Shown: piece after piece, positions 11,981 to 20,827 of the stretch | How positions within the stretch are numbered: position 1 is the first letter of the stretch | Layout: each line of letters opens with the position of its first letter | Assembly (NCBI GenBank): GCA_964248365.1 | Contig: CAXTYC010000001.1 | Coordinates: forward strand, 192,001 to 256,000 | Source: an uncultured Chroococcidiopsis sp. | GTDB taxonomy: Bacteria > Cyanobacteriota > Cyanobacteriia > Cyanobacteriales > Chroococcidiopsidaceae | Reading direction: 5' to 3' | DNA length: 64,000 nt | Notes under the pieces: generated by a model | What the model was told of the DNA's origin: nothing | The model's database searches: none | What the model saw: the letters and a program-made list of their open reading frames with translations, nothing else | Translations under genes and position numbers: made by a program

Positions 11981-12048
11981 CTCTCCCCTGATTCCCACTC
12001 TCCCCTGATTCCCCCTCTCCCCTGATTCCCACTCTCCCCTGATTCCCC
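11981..12048. repeat. 17-bp tandem repeat CTCTCCCCTGATTCCC(A/C) x4
   Basis: Four consecutive copies starting at 11981, 11998, 12015 and 12032. Confidence 0.9.
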
Positions 12049-12092
12049 CTTTCCCCTTTTCCCCTTTAATTGCAACTGCATTTTTATTACTC

Positions 12093-13004
12093 ATGAAATC
12101 TGACTCTAAAATTTCTCAAGCCGCCGATACATCTTTTTCGATGGAGGATTTTGCCAAAGCACTGGAAAAACATGACTATCAGTTTCAGAAAGGGCAGATA
12201 GTACGCGGCAAAGTATTCCAATATGACAGTGATGGTGCGTTGGTAGATATTGGTGGCAAAAACGCTGCATTTTTGCCAATTAATGAAGTTTCATTGAAAC
12301 CAGTGGCAGATTTGTCTACCGTTCTACCTTTGCAGGAAGAACAGGACTTTGTGATTATTCGGGAACAGGATGCAGACGGACAGGTAACGCTTTCACGCCG
12401 CCAGCTAGAAATTCAGCAAATCTGGGAACGGCTGGCGCAAATGCAAGAAAATAATCAAGCGGTACAAGTGCGGGTAACTGGAGCGAATAAGGGTGGTGTG
12501 ACGGTAGATTTGCAAGGTTTACGAGGCTTCATTCCGCGATCGCACCTAGTTGAACGTGACAACTTAGAAGCGCTTAAAGGTCAAACTCTCACAGCAAGTT
12601 TTTTAGAAGTTAATCCCGATAGCAAAAAACTCGTACTCTCCAATCGCTTAGCAACTCGTTCTAGCAGCTTCAGCCAACTAGAAATCGGTCAGCTAGTCGA
12701 AGGCAAAGTTACTGGAATTCAGCCTTTTGGTATTTTCGTTGATTTAGATGGTGTTAACGGTTTGCTGCACATTAAGCAGGTGAGCCAAAATTACATTGAA
12801 TCTCTGCCCTCACTATTCCAAACAGGACAAGCAATCAAGGCTGTGATTATCGATTTGGATGAAGGCAAAGGACGCATTTCACTTTCTACGCGGGTGTTAG
12901 AAAATTACCCAGGTGAAATGCTAGAAAAAATGGATGAAGTAATGGCAAATGCGGAAGCTAGGGCAAATAAAGCCAAGAAAGCAGTGACTAATGAGCCAAC
13001 GTAG
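12093..13004 (+). CDS. S1 RNA-binding domain protein (ribosomal protein S1 homolog)
   Basis: Three S1 repeats (GALVDIGGK, GLRGFIPRSHL, FGIFVDLDGVNGLLHI). Confidence 0.9.
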   Translation: MKSDSKISQAADTSFSMEDFAKALEKHDYQFQKGQIVRGKVFQYDSDGALVDIGGKNAAFLPINEVSLKPVADLSTVLPLQEEQDFVIIREQDADGQVTLSRRQLEIQQIWERLAQMQENNQAVQVRVTGANKGGVTVDLQGLRGFIPRSHLVERDNLEALKGQTLTASFLEVNPDSKKLVLSNRLATRSSSFSQLEIGQLVEGKVTGIQPFGIFVDLDGVNGLLHIKQVSQNYIESLPSLFQTGQAIKAVIIDLDEGKGRISLSTRVLENYPGEMLEKMDEVMANAEARANKAKKAVTNEPT

Positions 13005-13015
13005 TCCGTTAAAAG

Positions 13016-13510
13016 CTAACAGCTAACAGCTAATTGCTTTTGACGATATCGCGATCGCAGTTTTTGCAACATATCTTCACCAAAAGCAAATTTGATTTCC
13101 CTAATCAATCTCCCCCAGTTGTGTAAAATCTCGACTGAGGGAGATTGGTGAAATTGATGGACAAAAAATTGTACCCAAAACGGTGGTGCTTGTCTTTTTT
13201 GTTGCTGGCGTTGTCTTTGTTTCCAACGTCGTCGCCACAAAGCAAAATCTTTATCCTTAGGTGGTGCTACTCCTAATATGGGGGGAAAGTCGGCATAACT
13301 CACAAACCGACTCACGCCCAAGCCGTGAACATAGACAATATTCGCCCAGCGTTCGACTGAATATATCTCGTCCACTGCTAGATTAAACATGATGGCGGCT
13401 GCTTGTTTGGAAACAAAACGAGCAAGTCGGTGCAGAGGGTTGGAGTTTCGTCGTAGTCTTGATACCATAGAAAATAGCTCCTGTATTCTTGTATTACGGA
13501 GAAAATACAT
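13016..13510 (-). CDS. Hypothetical basic protein, divergent from the XRE pair
   Basis: Open 164-aa frame, Arg/Trp-rich; a near-consensus sigma70 promoter points at it from 13623; start may be the later Met (MVSRLRR). Confidence 0.65.
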   Translation of the reverse strand: MYFLRNTRIQELFSMVSRLRRNSNPLHRLARFVSKQAAAIMFNLAVDEIYSVERWANIVYVHGLGVSRFVSYADFPPILGVAPPKDKDFALWRRRWKQRQRQQQKRQAPPFWVQFFVHQFHQSPSVEILHNWGRLIREIKFAFGEDMLQKLRSRYRQKQLAVSC

Positions 13511-13594
13511 CCCATAATCTATGGGATATTTGTGAAATTAGCGATCGCTTTTCAGTTTCCTACGCCGAGGGCGATCGTTTTTTACAATATAATT

Positions 13595-13623
13595 ATTAAA
13601 GACTAATATCAGTCATTTGTCAA
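13595..13623 (-). promoter_or_regulatory. Leftward sigma70-type promoter (TTGACA-17 bp-TTTAAT) with a palindrome in the spacer
   Basis: Minus-strand TTGACA at 13623-13618 and TTTAAT at 13600-13595; imperfect palindrome GACTAATATCAGTC at 13601-13614; plus-strand TATAAT at 13588-13593. Confidence 0.6.
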
Positions 13624-13629
13624 ATAAAT

Positions 13630-13842
13630 ATGGGCTTGATTAGGTTACGAATTCGAGAGTTCGCTGCCCAAAGGGGTTGGACTATTAAGGAAGTGTCTGA
13701 TCGCTCTGGTGTAGTGTACAGCACTCTCCGCACCTATGCGCGATCGCCAGGACTAGAAACAATTGACTTTACATCGCTGCACAAGTTAGCCCGTACATTT
13801 GATGTGATGATTGAAGATTTAGTAGAAATTGTAAAAGAGTAG
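13630..13842 (+). CDS. XRE/Cro-like helix-turn-helix regulator, copy 1
   Basis: 70 aa: RGWTIKEVSDRSGVVYSTL...KLARTFDVMIEDLV. Confidence 0.88.
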   Translation: MGLIRLRIREFAAQRGWTIKEVSDRSGVVYSTLRTYARSPGLETIDFTSLHKLARTFDVMIEDLVEIVKE

Positions 13843-13904
13843 GCGATCGCCTTTGTGTTTCCTACGCCCTTCGGCGATCGCTTTTTAGGATATAAATATT
13901 AAGC

Positions 13905-13927
13905 GATTGAATTCAATCATTTGTCAA
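13905..13927. promoter_or_regulatory. Perfect 14-bp palindrome GATTGAATTCAATC with adjacent minus-strand TTGACA
   Basis: Same position relative to XRE copy 2 as the palindrome upstream of copy 1. Confidence 0.55.
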
Positions 13928-13934
13928 TACGTAC

Positions 13935-14147
13935 ATGGGGCTGCTCCGGCTAAGAATTCGAGAATTCGCTGATAAAAAGGGTTGGACACTCAAGGATGTC
14001 GCCGATCGTTCTGGAGTTGCTTACAGTTCGGTCAGAGCTTATGCTCGGTCACCTGGGCTGGCAATGGTTGACTTCACATCTATCCAAAAGTTAGCCCAGA
14101 CGTTTGATGTGATGCTCGAAGAATTGGTTGAGGTAGTGGAAGAGTAG
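13935..14147 (+). CDS. XRE/Cro-like helix-turn-helix regulator, copy 2
   Basis: 70 aa, 49/70 identical to copy 1 by manual alignment. Confidence 0.88.
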   Translation: MGLLRLRIREFADKKGWTLKDVADRSGVAYSSVRAYARSPGLAMVDFTSIQKLAQTFDVMLEELVEVVEE

Positions 14148-14179
14148 GCGATGCCTACGGCAAGTGCTTCGCCCTACGC
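14148..14179. mobile_element. HIP1 site interrupted by a 24-nt SDR5-like small dispersed repeat
   Basis: GCGAT + GCCTACGGCAAGTGCTTCGCCCTA + CGC; an intact GCGATCGC occupies the same position after copy 1. Confidence 0.65.
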
Positions 14180-14522
14180 GCTTAATATAAGTTTTGCGAT
14201 CGTAGCTACCTCTATTACAAACGGAAAACAGCAATTTCAAAGCGATCGATGGTTTAATTGAGTTTTGGCACTAATAGTTAGCGTATTTTTGGGACTACTG
14301 GTAGTCTGGAGTCGCATTGTACATAGTTAGTAACGACTTTGAGATGGGTACTTTAAGAACAAGTGTTGCTTAGAGTACCAACTAGCTATAACACAATTTA
14401 ACGTTCAGCAAATCTGCCATGCATAGGATTGCAATGACTTACGGGTAGACTCAGCAGCGTGAAGTGCTTTAAACAGGAGGAGATCTAGCAGCTAGACAAA
14501 ACCTGAATGCATTGATCTAACT

Positions 14523-14681
14523 ATGCCAACTTGGACTGTTTCGCCTACTAGAACCTTCCTCAACGAGTTGCTAAATTTACCCAAAAATGTTAGCAAAAAG
14601 GTTCCCCGAATTATCGAAATCTTGGAAAACGATCCTATCTCTGCCCAAGGGGATGATAGATCCCATATCTTTTTAACTTGA
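14523..14681 (+). pseudogene. Truncated N-terminal fragment with a RelE/ParE-like start
   Basis: MPTWTVSPTRTFLNELLNLPKNVSKKVPRIIEILENDPISAQGD, then runs into the antisense strand of the PemK remnant near 14655. Confidence 0.5.
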
Positions 14682-14965
14682 AAGGCATCTGCATCAGAAA
14701 TTCCCCCAATTCGCGCTATTAACAAAGATTTCTCTAGGCAGCCCAGTCGAGATAAATGCACGGTTGAAGCGACTTTCAGAGCGCTTGTTGCCCAATCATT
14801 CAAGGGTACATCAGTTTGTGTGCGTGGATTAGCTGATGTAACAACTGCTGCTACAATATCATTTCCATCTAACCAAAGTACGAGGATGGGACGCTTTTTA
14901 GAACCCATGCCGTTTGTGAATGGAATATCTGCTACCTAAAAGTCACCTGCTGGGATAGTCATCAT
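14655..14965 (-). pseudogene. PemK/MazF-family toxin with a nonsense codon and truncated 3' end
   Basis: MMTIPAGDF*VADIPFTNGMGSKKRPILVL; in-frame TAG at 14938-14936 where Trp would be typical; start overlaps the upstream gene's end. Confidence 0.78.
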
Positions 14966-15167
14966 AAAGTCCTTCGTCTTCTGGTTCATAACCATTCAAA
15001 AACCCATCGTGGCTACGGGTAACTACAGATTTTTGCTCTGTGAATGGCTCAATAGTAATTCTCCAGCGACCTGCACTAATACTGTTCACCAAAAAATCTG
15101 GCAAAGACAATTTCTCACCTGGAAGGATTTCAATTTCATAAGTTAGATTCATTAATTTGCTTTTCAT
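14943..15167 (-). CDS. Putative antitoxin partner of the PemK-like toxin
   Basis: Small protein with an acidic tail (EDEGLYDDY), GGAGG SD before the ATG at 15167, overlaps the toxin start. Confidence 0.65.
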   Translation of the reverse strand: MKSKLMNLTYEIEILPGEKLSLPDFLVNSISAGRWRITIEPFTEQKSVVTRSHDGFLNGYEPEDEGLYDDYPSR

Positions 15168-15293
15168 TATTCCTCCTTTGATTTGCGAGAAGTATTTAAG
15201 TAACAATCAAGCAATCTTGTAAACCAACAATCTGCTAGATTCCTCCCTCATCTGCGATTTTCTTGGTGCGATCGCCTTTATTTGAGCATTTAT

Positions 15294-15494
15294 CTAATCT
15301 ACTTGATTCAATTTCTCTCTAAAAATTGCCTCTAGTTCTTCAGGTGACATATCGTAAGGGTAAGGGTAACGCTTGGCATTTGGGTTACGACGGTTGACAA
15401 ACAATTCTCGAATAGCTTCATCATCAGTTGGATGACTTCTGATATACTTCTTCAGATCAGAACGACTCATCTGTTGAAAATTCGGTATGCTCAT
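15294..15494 (-). CDS. Small cyanobacterial protein, DUF6887-like
   Basis: PNFQQMSRSDLKKYIRSHPTDDEA pattern; overlaps its upstream partner. Confidence 0.6.
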   Translation of the reverse strand: MSIPNFQQMSRSDLKKYIRSHPTDDEAIRELFVNRRNPNAKRYPYPYDMSPEELEAIFREKLNQVD

Positions 15495-15672
15495 CGTTAA
15501 ACTCCCAGTTACCGTCTTCAAAAACAATTACTTCAATGCTCTCTTGAAAACGAGCTATTATATACACCTGCTTTGTTAGTGTGTCATAGCGGAACAGATG
15601 AATAGACTGTAATAGATTTGATAGCATTTGGCATACAAATATAGAAGCAAACACTTGTTTTTCTATTGGCAA
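15457..15672 (-). CDS. Small cyanobacterial protein, DUF6888-like
   Basis: MPxxKQ...CQMLSNLLQSIHLFRYD...GNWEF pattern; paired with the DUF6887-like gene. Confidence 0.6.
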   Translation of the reverse strand: MPIEKQVFASIFVCQMLSNLLQSIHLFRYDTLTKQVYIIARFQESIEVIVFEDGNWEFNDEHTEFSTDESF

Positions 15673-15787
15673 ATAAACACTCCTGTCCAGAAATTAGCTC
15701 CCAATGCCCTCTGTTCCAATATATTAGGCTAAGCCTTACACATTCCTCCCTTATCTGCTATTTTATTGGTGTGATCGCTCTTTTCAC

Positions 15788-16648
15788 CTATGCTAAAATC
15801 TGCGAAATCATTCGGTTTGCTTGCGACTCGTAGCTACCACCAAATAAGTTGAAGTGATTCAAGATGTGGTAGAGATTGTAAAGTGTTTTCCGCTTTTCGT
15901 AACCACAATCTAATGGGAATACTTCGTTATATCCACGATAAAAAGCAGCAGGGAAACCACCGAATAATTCTGTCATAGCAACATCGACTTCGCGATCGCC
16001 AAAATAAGTTGCAGGATCAAAAATTACTGGTTCCCCACTAGCGGTAAAAGCCGCATTACCACCCCATAAATCCCCGTGTACCAACGAAGGCTGAGGGTGG
16101 TGATCCCCCAGTAGCCCAGCAATAGCCGCTAGTAATTGTTCTTGCAAAGGGAAATGTCCTCCTCGCCTAATTGCAAGTTGAAATTGGTAGGCGAGGCGGT
16201 GTTGAGCGTAGAATTCTGCCCAATCTGCTGTCCAAGTGTTAATTTGTGGCGTGGAACCAATCGTATTATTTATGTCCCAGCCAAAACTACTACTAGTGTG
16301 CGAGTGCATCGCCGCCAGCCTTCGTCCCATTTCCTGCCAAGAAGAGTTACTCCCGCGTCCCATTTCTAGCCATTCCAAGACTATGTAGGCTGAGCCAGAT
16401 GCTGTACCCCAGCAAATCGGTTGGGGAACGCGGATAGATGCCGTTTGCAGCATTTGTTTTAAACCCAGCGCCTCAGCCTCAAACATGGCAACGCCAGATG
16501 CAGAGTTTAGCTTGACGAAGTAAGTGGAAGTACCATCAGTGACCGCATAGCCTTGATTGATACAACCTCCACTCACATCGCCACGCCTCTTTACAAAAAA
16601 CTCTGTTTCTGTAATTTTAGAAATATGCTGGGCGATTTGTGTCCACAT
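15788..16648 (-). CDS. Fructosamine kinase family protein
   Basis: SGGCIN, FVKLN, FEAEALGL, HGDLWGGN, IFDPA. Confidence 0.93.
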   Translation of the reverse strand: MWTQIAQHISKITETEFFVKRRGDVSGGCINQGYAVTDGTSTYFVKLNSASGVAMFEAEALGLKQMLQTASIRVPQPICWGTASGSAYIVLEWLEMGRGSNSSWQEMGRRLAAMHSHTSSSFGWDINNTIGSTPQINTWTADWAEFYAQHRLAYQFQLAIRRGGHFPLQEQLLAAIAGLLGDHHPQPSLVHGDLWGGNAAFTASGEPVIFDPATYFGDREVDVAMTELFGGFPAAFYRGYNEVFPLDCGYEKRKTLYNLYHILNHFNLFGGSYESQANRMISQILA

Positions 16649-16764
16649 TTTGAGCAATAAGCTATTAGCTATTAGTTATTAGCTTTTCTCATTGTCGCGC
16701 TTGGGTCAAGCAAAGTTTGTTAACCGACTGTGGAAACTTACAAATCAGCCTAAAAGCGATCGCG

Positions 16765-18081
16765 CTAATTGCTTTTGATTGCGACTACACCATAGGCTGT
16801 GGGGGAGAGATATTTTTGGGCAGCTGAACGTAAATCATCTGTATTCAAGGCTTGAATAGCACTTGGGTAGCCCAGGGCGGGTTCCAAGTTGCCCAGCATG
16901 GATTGATAGTAGCCGTATAAACTAGCGCGATCGCTTGGTGTTTCATTGCTAAAAATAAACCGATTCGCCACTTGTGTACGGATACGGGCAATCTCTGCTT
17001 CTTCGACTGGCTCATTTTGCAGCTTGTGGATGTGGTTTGCGATCGCCATTTCTACTATCTCCAAATTTTCTGCTGGGAGTTGAGCGGAAACATAAAACGT
17101 CCCCTGCAATCTTTGAGTCATATTGCTCACAGAAATATGGTCAACTAAACCCCTCTCTTCCCTGAGATCTCTAACTAACCTAGATGTCCGCCCGTGTGAC
17201 AAAATTGCTGCTAACACATCCAATGCATAAGTTTCACTTATTTGATTCAATCCAGGTACGCGCCAAACCATCACCAGCCGTGCTTGCTGAAGGCTATCAT
17301 CGACAAATTCCCTACGGACGATTTGTGTAAAAGCTGATTCGGGTGCATGAGGTTGCTCTGGGTTTAACCCTATTGTCGTGTCTAGGGGTATGTTTGATAA
17401 ACCCGCCCTTGTAGATCCCTCAAGTGCATCTGTAAAGCCATTTGCCACGATTTCGATTAATTCCTCTTCTGGCAGATTACCTACAGCCACAGCCACTGTT
17501 GACTGGGGTTGATACCAACGAGCGTGAAAATCCCGCATTTGCTGCGCCCGAAGCTGTGAAATCACCTCAACTGTTCCTAAAACTGGTCGGCGGTAAGGCA
17601 AACGCTCAAACGCCGTTTCAATTGCTCGTTGGAAAGTACGGCGACGGGGATTATCATCACTGCGACGAATTTCTTCTAAAATGACTTTTCGCTCTAGTTC
17701 AAAGGCATCATCTGGAATCAAACTATTGAGAACTATATCTATTTGCAGTGGTGCTAGCTCGTCAAAATCTTTAGGGGCAGTAGTGATGTAGTATTGCGTG
17801 TAATCCCCGCTCGTTGCAGCGTTGGTAATCGCACCCCGCGCTTCAATTTGCCGCTCAAACTCACCGATACTAAGCCGCTGACTGCCTTTGAACACCATAT
17901 GCTCTAGAAAGTGAGCCATGCCGTTGATGGCATCTGATTCTACCGCTGAGCCAACATTAAGCCACAAGCTAAGATTAACGGCTTCGACTGGCATTTGCTG
18001 TGCCACTATCGTCAAGCCATTGGACAACTGGCGCAGCGTAGGGGCTTGGAGGTGAGGGAATTTCACGAGAGTTGAAGTCAT
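16765..18081 (-). CDS. M16 family (pitrilysin-like) peptidase
   Basis: Inverted zinc motif HFLEH, NAATS, downstream EE, SRL...LREERGL. Confidence 0.93.
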   Translation of the reverse strand: MTSTLVKFPHLQAPTLRQLSNGLTIVAQQMPVEAVNLSLWLNVGSAVESDAINGMAHFLEHMVFKGSQRLSIGEFERQIEARGAITNAATSGDYTQYYITTAPKDFDELAPLQIDIVLNSLIPDDAFELERKVILEEIRRSDDNPRRRTFQRAIETAFERLPYRRPVLGTVEVISQLRAQQMRDFHARWYQPQSTVAVAVGNLPEEELIEIVANGFTDALEGSTRAGLSNIPLDTTIGLNPEQPHAPESAFTQIVRREFVDDSLQQARLVMVWRVPGLNQISETYALDVLAAILSHGRTSRLVRDLREERGLVDHISVSNMTQRLQGTFYVSAQLPAENLEIVEMAIANHIHKLQNEPVEEAEIARIRTQVANRFIFSNETPSDRASLYGYYQSMLGNLEPALGYPSAIQALNTDDLRSAAQKYLSPTAYGVVAIKSN

Positions 18082-18265
18082 TGGCGCTAATAAATGAACC
18101 TATACTTCTTTATTTTATCGATTTGCCTTAACAGCCTTATTTGTCCTTTGTCCTTTGTTCTATACCAATGACTCTTGACTAATGACCAAGATTTATTGAT
18201 AAAAATTACTGGCTCTATAAATTATTTATAATTTTAACTTGACAGATTTCACATGAAGTTTTGAT

Positions 18266-18405
18266 TATAGCATTCCTAAATGATTTGCAAATTTCTTTCT
18301 ACTTCTTAACTTTGCGTCCTTTGTGTCTTTGCGGTATCCGGAACTGGTGACGCTACGTGTCTATGTTAAAAAAGTCTATTTCATAAATCAAATAGGAGCG
18401 CTAGA
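18266..18405. mobile_element. Degenerate MITE-like element of about 140 bp
   Basis: Imperfect terminal inverted repeats TATAGCATTCCTAAATGATTTG and TAAATCAAATAGGAGCGCTAGA; internal CTTTGCG-type repeats; non-coding. Confidence 0.5.
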
Positions 18406-18898
18406 GCTATTTTTTTATTATACTCAAATGCCAAAATAAATCCGAATAAATACGGTTGTCTTGGCATATTTTTGCAGCTAAGTCTCGCAGTAAATAGTTT
18501 TTAATTAAATAGAAACATGATAAATATGCGATCGCACATCGCATCAAGTTATATAAATTAATTGCTCAATAGGTGAAATACAAAAAATACTAATGACATA
18601 ATGCCTCCGTTGTAGCTGGCTAAATTTGAGGTTATGGTTATGATAGTAAATGCTGCCATCAATTGCGCTAGGTAATGGCAATGCACTAAGAAAGAAAGTT
18701 ATAAAAGCGAAATTACCCATCTCTTTCCTAAGCAGCATTCTTCTATATCTCGTATCTTAAAATACAAATAATTATTTCTTCAGCAAGTGAGAAGTCAGTT
18801 GTCAGAAGGTGAGGAGTCAGGAGTCAGGAGTTGTGAATATTTAATTCTTCATCTCCCCCTTCTCCCCCTCTCCCCCTCTCCCCCTAGCCCCTGTATAG

Positions 18899-20827
18899 AT
18901 GGAAGCATCTTTTGAAATTACGTTGCAGATAGTGATTGCTGTCGTCGCAGGCATCAGCGCTCAAGTAATTGCTGAATACCTGAAAATTCCCAGCATCGTC
19001 TTTCTGCTACTGTTTGGCATTGTGCTTGGTTCTGATGGCATTGGTGTATTGCATCCCCAAGTGCTAGGTGCTGGACTAGAAGTGATTGTAGCTCTCTCGA
19101 CGGCAGTGATTTTGTTTGAGGGGGGACTGAATCTGGAACTGCGTGAATTAGGTCGGGTTTCAGGCAGTTTACGCAACCTCGTTACTTTGGGAACGTTGAT
19201 CACGCTTTTGGGTGGAAGTATGGCAGCTCACTGGCTGGGGGAATTTCCCTGGGCGATCGCTTTCTTGTATGGTTCCCTAGTTGTGGTAACAGGACCAACT
19301 GTAATCGCTCCCTTACTCAAACTAATCAAAGTAGACCGACAAGTCGCCACTCTATTAGAGGGAGAAGCAGTTTTAATCGACCCAGTGGGCGCTATTCTGG
19401 CTGTAGTGGTACTAGACACAATTTTGAATGGGGGGAGCGATCCCCTAGCCGCAATCAGCGGTATGATCTTACGCCTGGGGATCGGCGGTAGCATCGGCGT
19501 AGCAGGTGGATGGTGTCTAGCGGGGATGTTTAAACGCGCTCACTTTATTTCCGATGAGTTGAAAAATTTAGTAGTACTAGCGGGATTGTGGGGGTTATTT
19601 ACTCTAGCTCAATTCAGCCAAAACGAGTCGGGACTAATGGCTACTGTAATTGCAGGAATGGTTCTAGGTTCCTCCTCGCTGCCAGAAGAGCGGCTATTAA
19701 GGCGATTTAAAGGTCAGCTAACAATTTTAGGTGTATCGGTACTGTTTATTTTACTGGCAGCAGATCTATCAATTGCCAGTATCTTTGCTTTGGGTTGGGG
19801 TAGTTTATTCACTGTATTGGTATTGATGTTTGTGGTACGACCGATTAGCGTTGGCGTATGTACCATAAACAGCGGGTTAAACTGGCGACAGAAACTATTC
19901 TTGTCTTGGATAGCACCCAGGGGAATTGTTTCAGCGTCTGTGGCTTCTTTGTTTTCAATCTTCTTGACACAGCGAGGAATCAACGGCGGTGATTCGATTA
20001 AGGCGCTGGTTTTCCTGACAATTATTATGACTGTAGTTTGTCAAGGACTAACAGCAGGTTGGGTTGCTAATTGGCTGCAAATCAAATCAACAGAGGCAAC
20101 GGGAGCTTTAATTGTTGGTTGTAATCCCCTTAGCCTATTGATTGCCCGTTTGTTTCAAGAGCGGGGAGAAGCTGTAGTAATGATTGATACTGATCCAGAA
20201 GCGTGCCAAAAAGCCCAAGCACAAAACTTGCAAGTTTTCTTAAGCAGTGCCTTGGATACAGCAGTATTAGAAGAAGCTGGATTGGCGAAGATGGGAACTT
20301 TCTTGGCGATGACTAGTAATGGGGAAGTTAATTTTGTGTTGGCTCAACGGGCTGTGGAAGAATTTAAGCCACCCAGAGTTTTAGCAGTATTCCCCCGAAT
20401 GCCGCAAGCTAGTACACCAGCAAATAAAAATAAGATTCATCAAGCTTTCGTGCCAGACTTGGCGCTTAAGACTTGGAGTGATTACATTAGTGATGGACGA
20501 GTGAAGTTAGGTATAACAACGCTAGATGAAAAGGGGTTTGCTTTTCAACAAGCTCATTTGCAGGCATTAATTTTGGCTGGGGAATTAGTGCCGTTATTAT
20601 TGGAGCGAGAAGAGCGGTTGCAAGTTCTGCCAGCTAATGAACAACTGCAAAGTGGCGATCGCTTAATTTATCTTTTGCATGACCCCAGACCTATACTATT
20701 AAAGCGTTTATCTGGGGGCAGTCAATCGATTCGTCTCACCATCGAAAAGCTACCGGAAGTAGAAGAAGCACCAATTCCAAATGCTGTGGAAACGCTTTCT
20801 GGCACCGGATCTCCGGTTGAATCTTAA
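18899..20827 (+). CDS. CPA1 cation:proton antiporter with C-terminal TrkA-N/RCK domain
   Basis: ILFEGGL, TGPTV, EGEAVLIDPVG, APRGIV, followed by a Rossmann-like domain. Confidence 0.92.
   Translation: MEASFEITLQIVIAVVAGISAQVIAEYLKIPSIVFLLLFGIVLGSDGIGVLHPQVLGAGLEVIVALSTAVILFEGGLNLELRELGRVSGSLRNLVTLGTLITLLGGSMAAHWLGEFPWAIAFLYGSLVVVTGPTVIAPLLKLIKVDRQVATLLEGEAVLIDPVGAILAVVVLDTILNGGSDPLAAISGMILRLGIGGSIGVAGGWCLAGMFKRAHFISDELKNLVVLAGLWGLFTLAQFSQNESGLMATVIAGMVLGSSSLPEERLLRRFKGQLTILGVSVLFILLAADLSIASIFALGWGSLFTVLVLMFVVRPISVGVCTINSGLNWRQKLFLSWIAPRGIVSASVASLFSIFLTQRGINGGDSIKALVFLTIIMTVVCQGLTAGWVANWLQIKSTEATGALIVGCNPLSLLIARLFQERGEAVVMIDTDPEACQKAQAQNLQVFLSSALDTAVLEEAGLAKMGTFLAMTSNGEVNFVLAQRAVEEFKPPRVLAVFPRMPQASTPANKNKIHQAFVPDLALKTWSDYISDGRVKLGITTLDEKGFAFQQAHLQALILAGELVPLLLEREERLQVLPANEQLQSGDRLIYLLHDPRPILLKRLSGGSQSIRLTIEKLPEVEEAPIPNAVETLSGTGSPVES

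Larger units (their letters stand above)
15240..15778. repeat. 36-bp imperfect direct repeats (15240-15275 and 15743-15778) ending in HIP1 or a HIP1 variant
   Basis: TTCCTCCCTCATCTGCGATTTTCTTGGTGCGATCGC vs TTCCTCCCTTATCTGCTATTTTATTGGTGTGATCGC, 32/36 identical. Confidence 0.85.

Noticed and set aside
11981..12048. 17-bp repeats as plasmid iterons
   Set aside because: No rep gene; flanked by core genes; composition matches the local STRR tracts
13016..15700. Prophage
   Set aside because: Cro-like genes are present but there is no integrase, terminase or structural gene
18544..18738. 64-aa minus-strand ORF
   Set aside because: Short, AT-rich, no motif; cannot be supported
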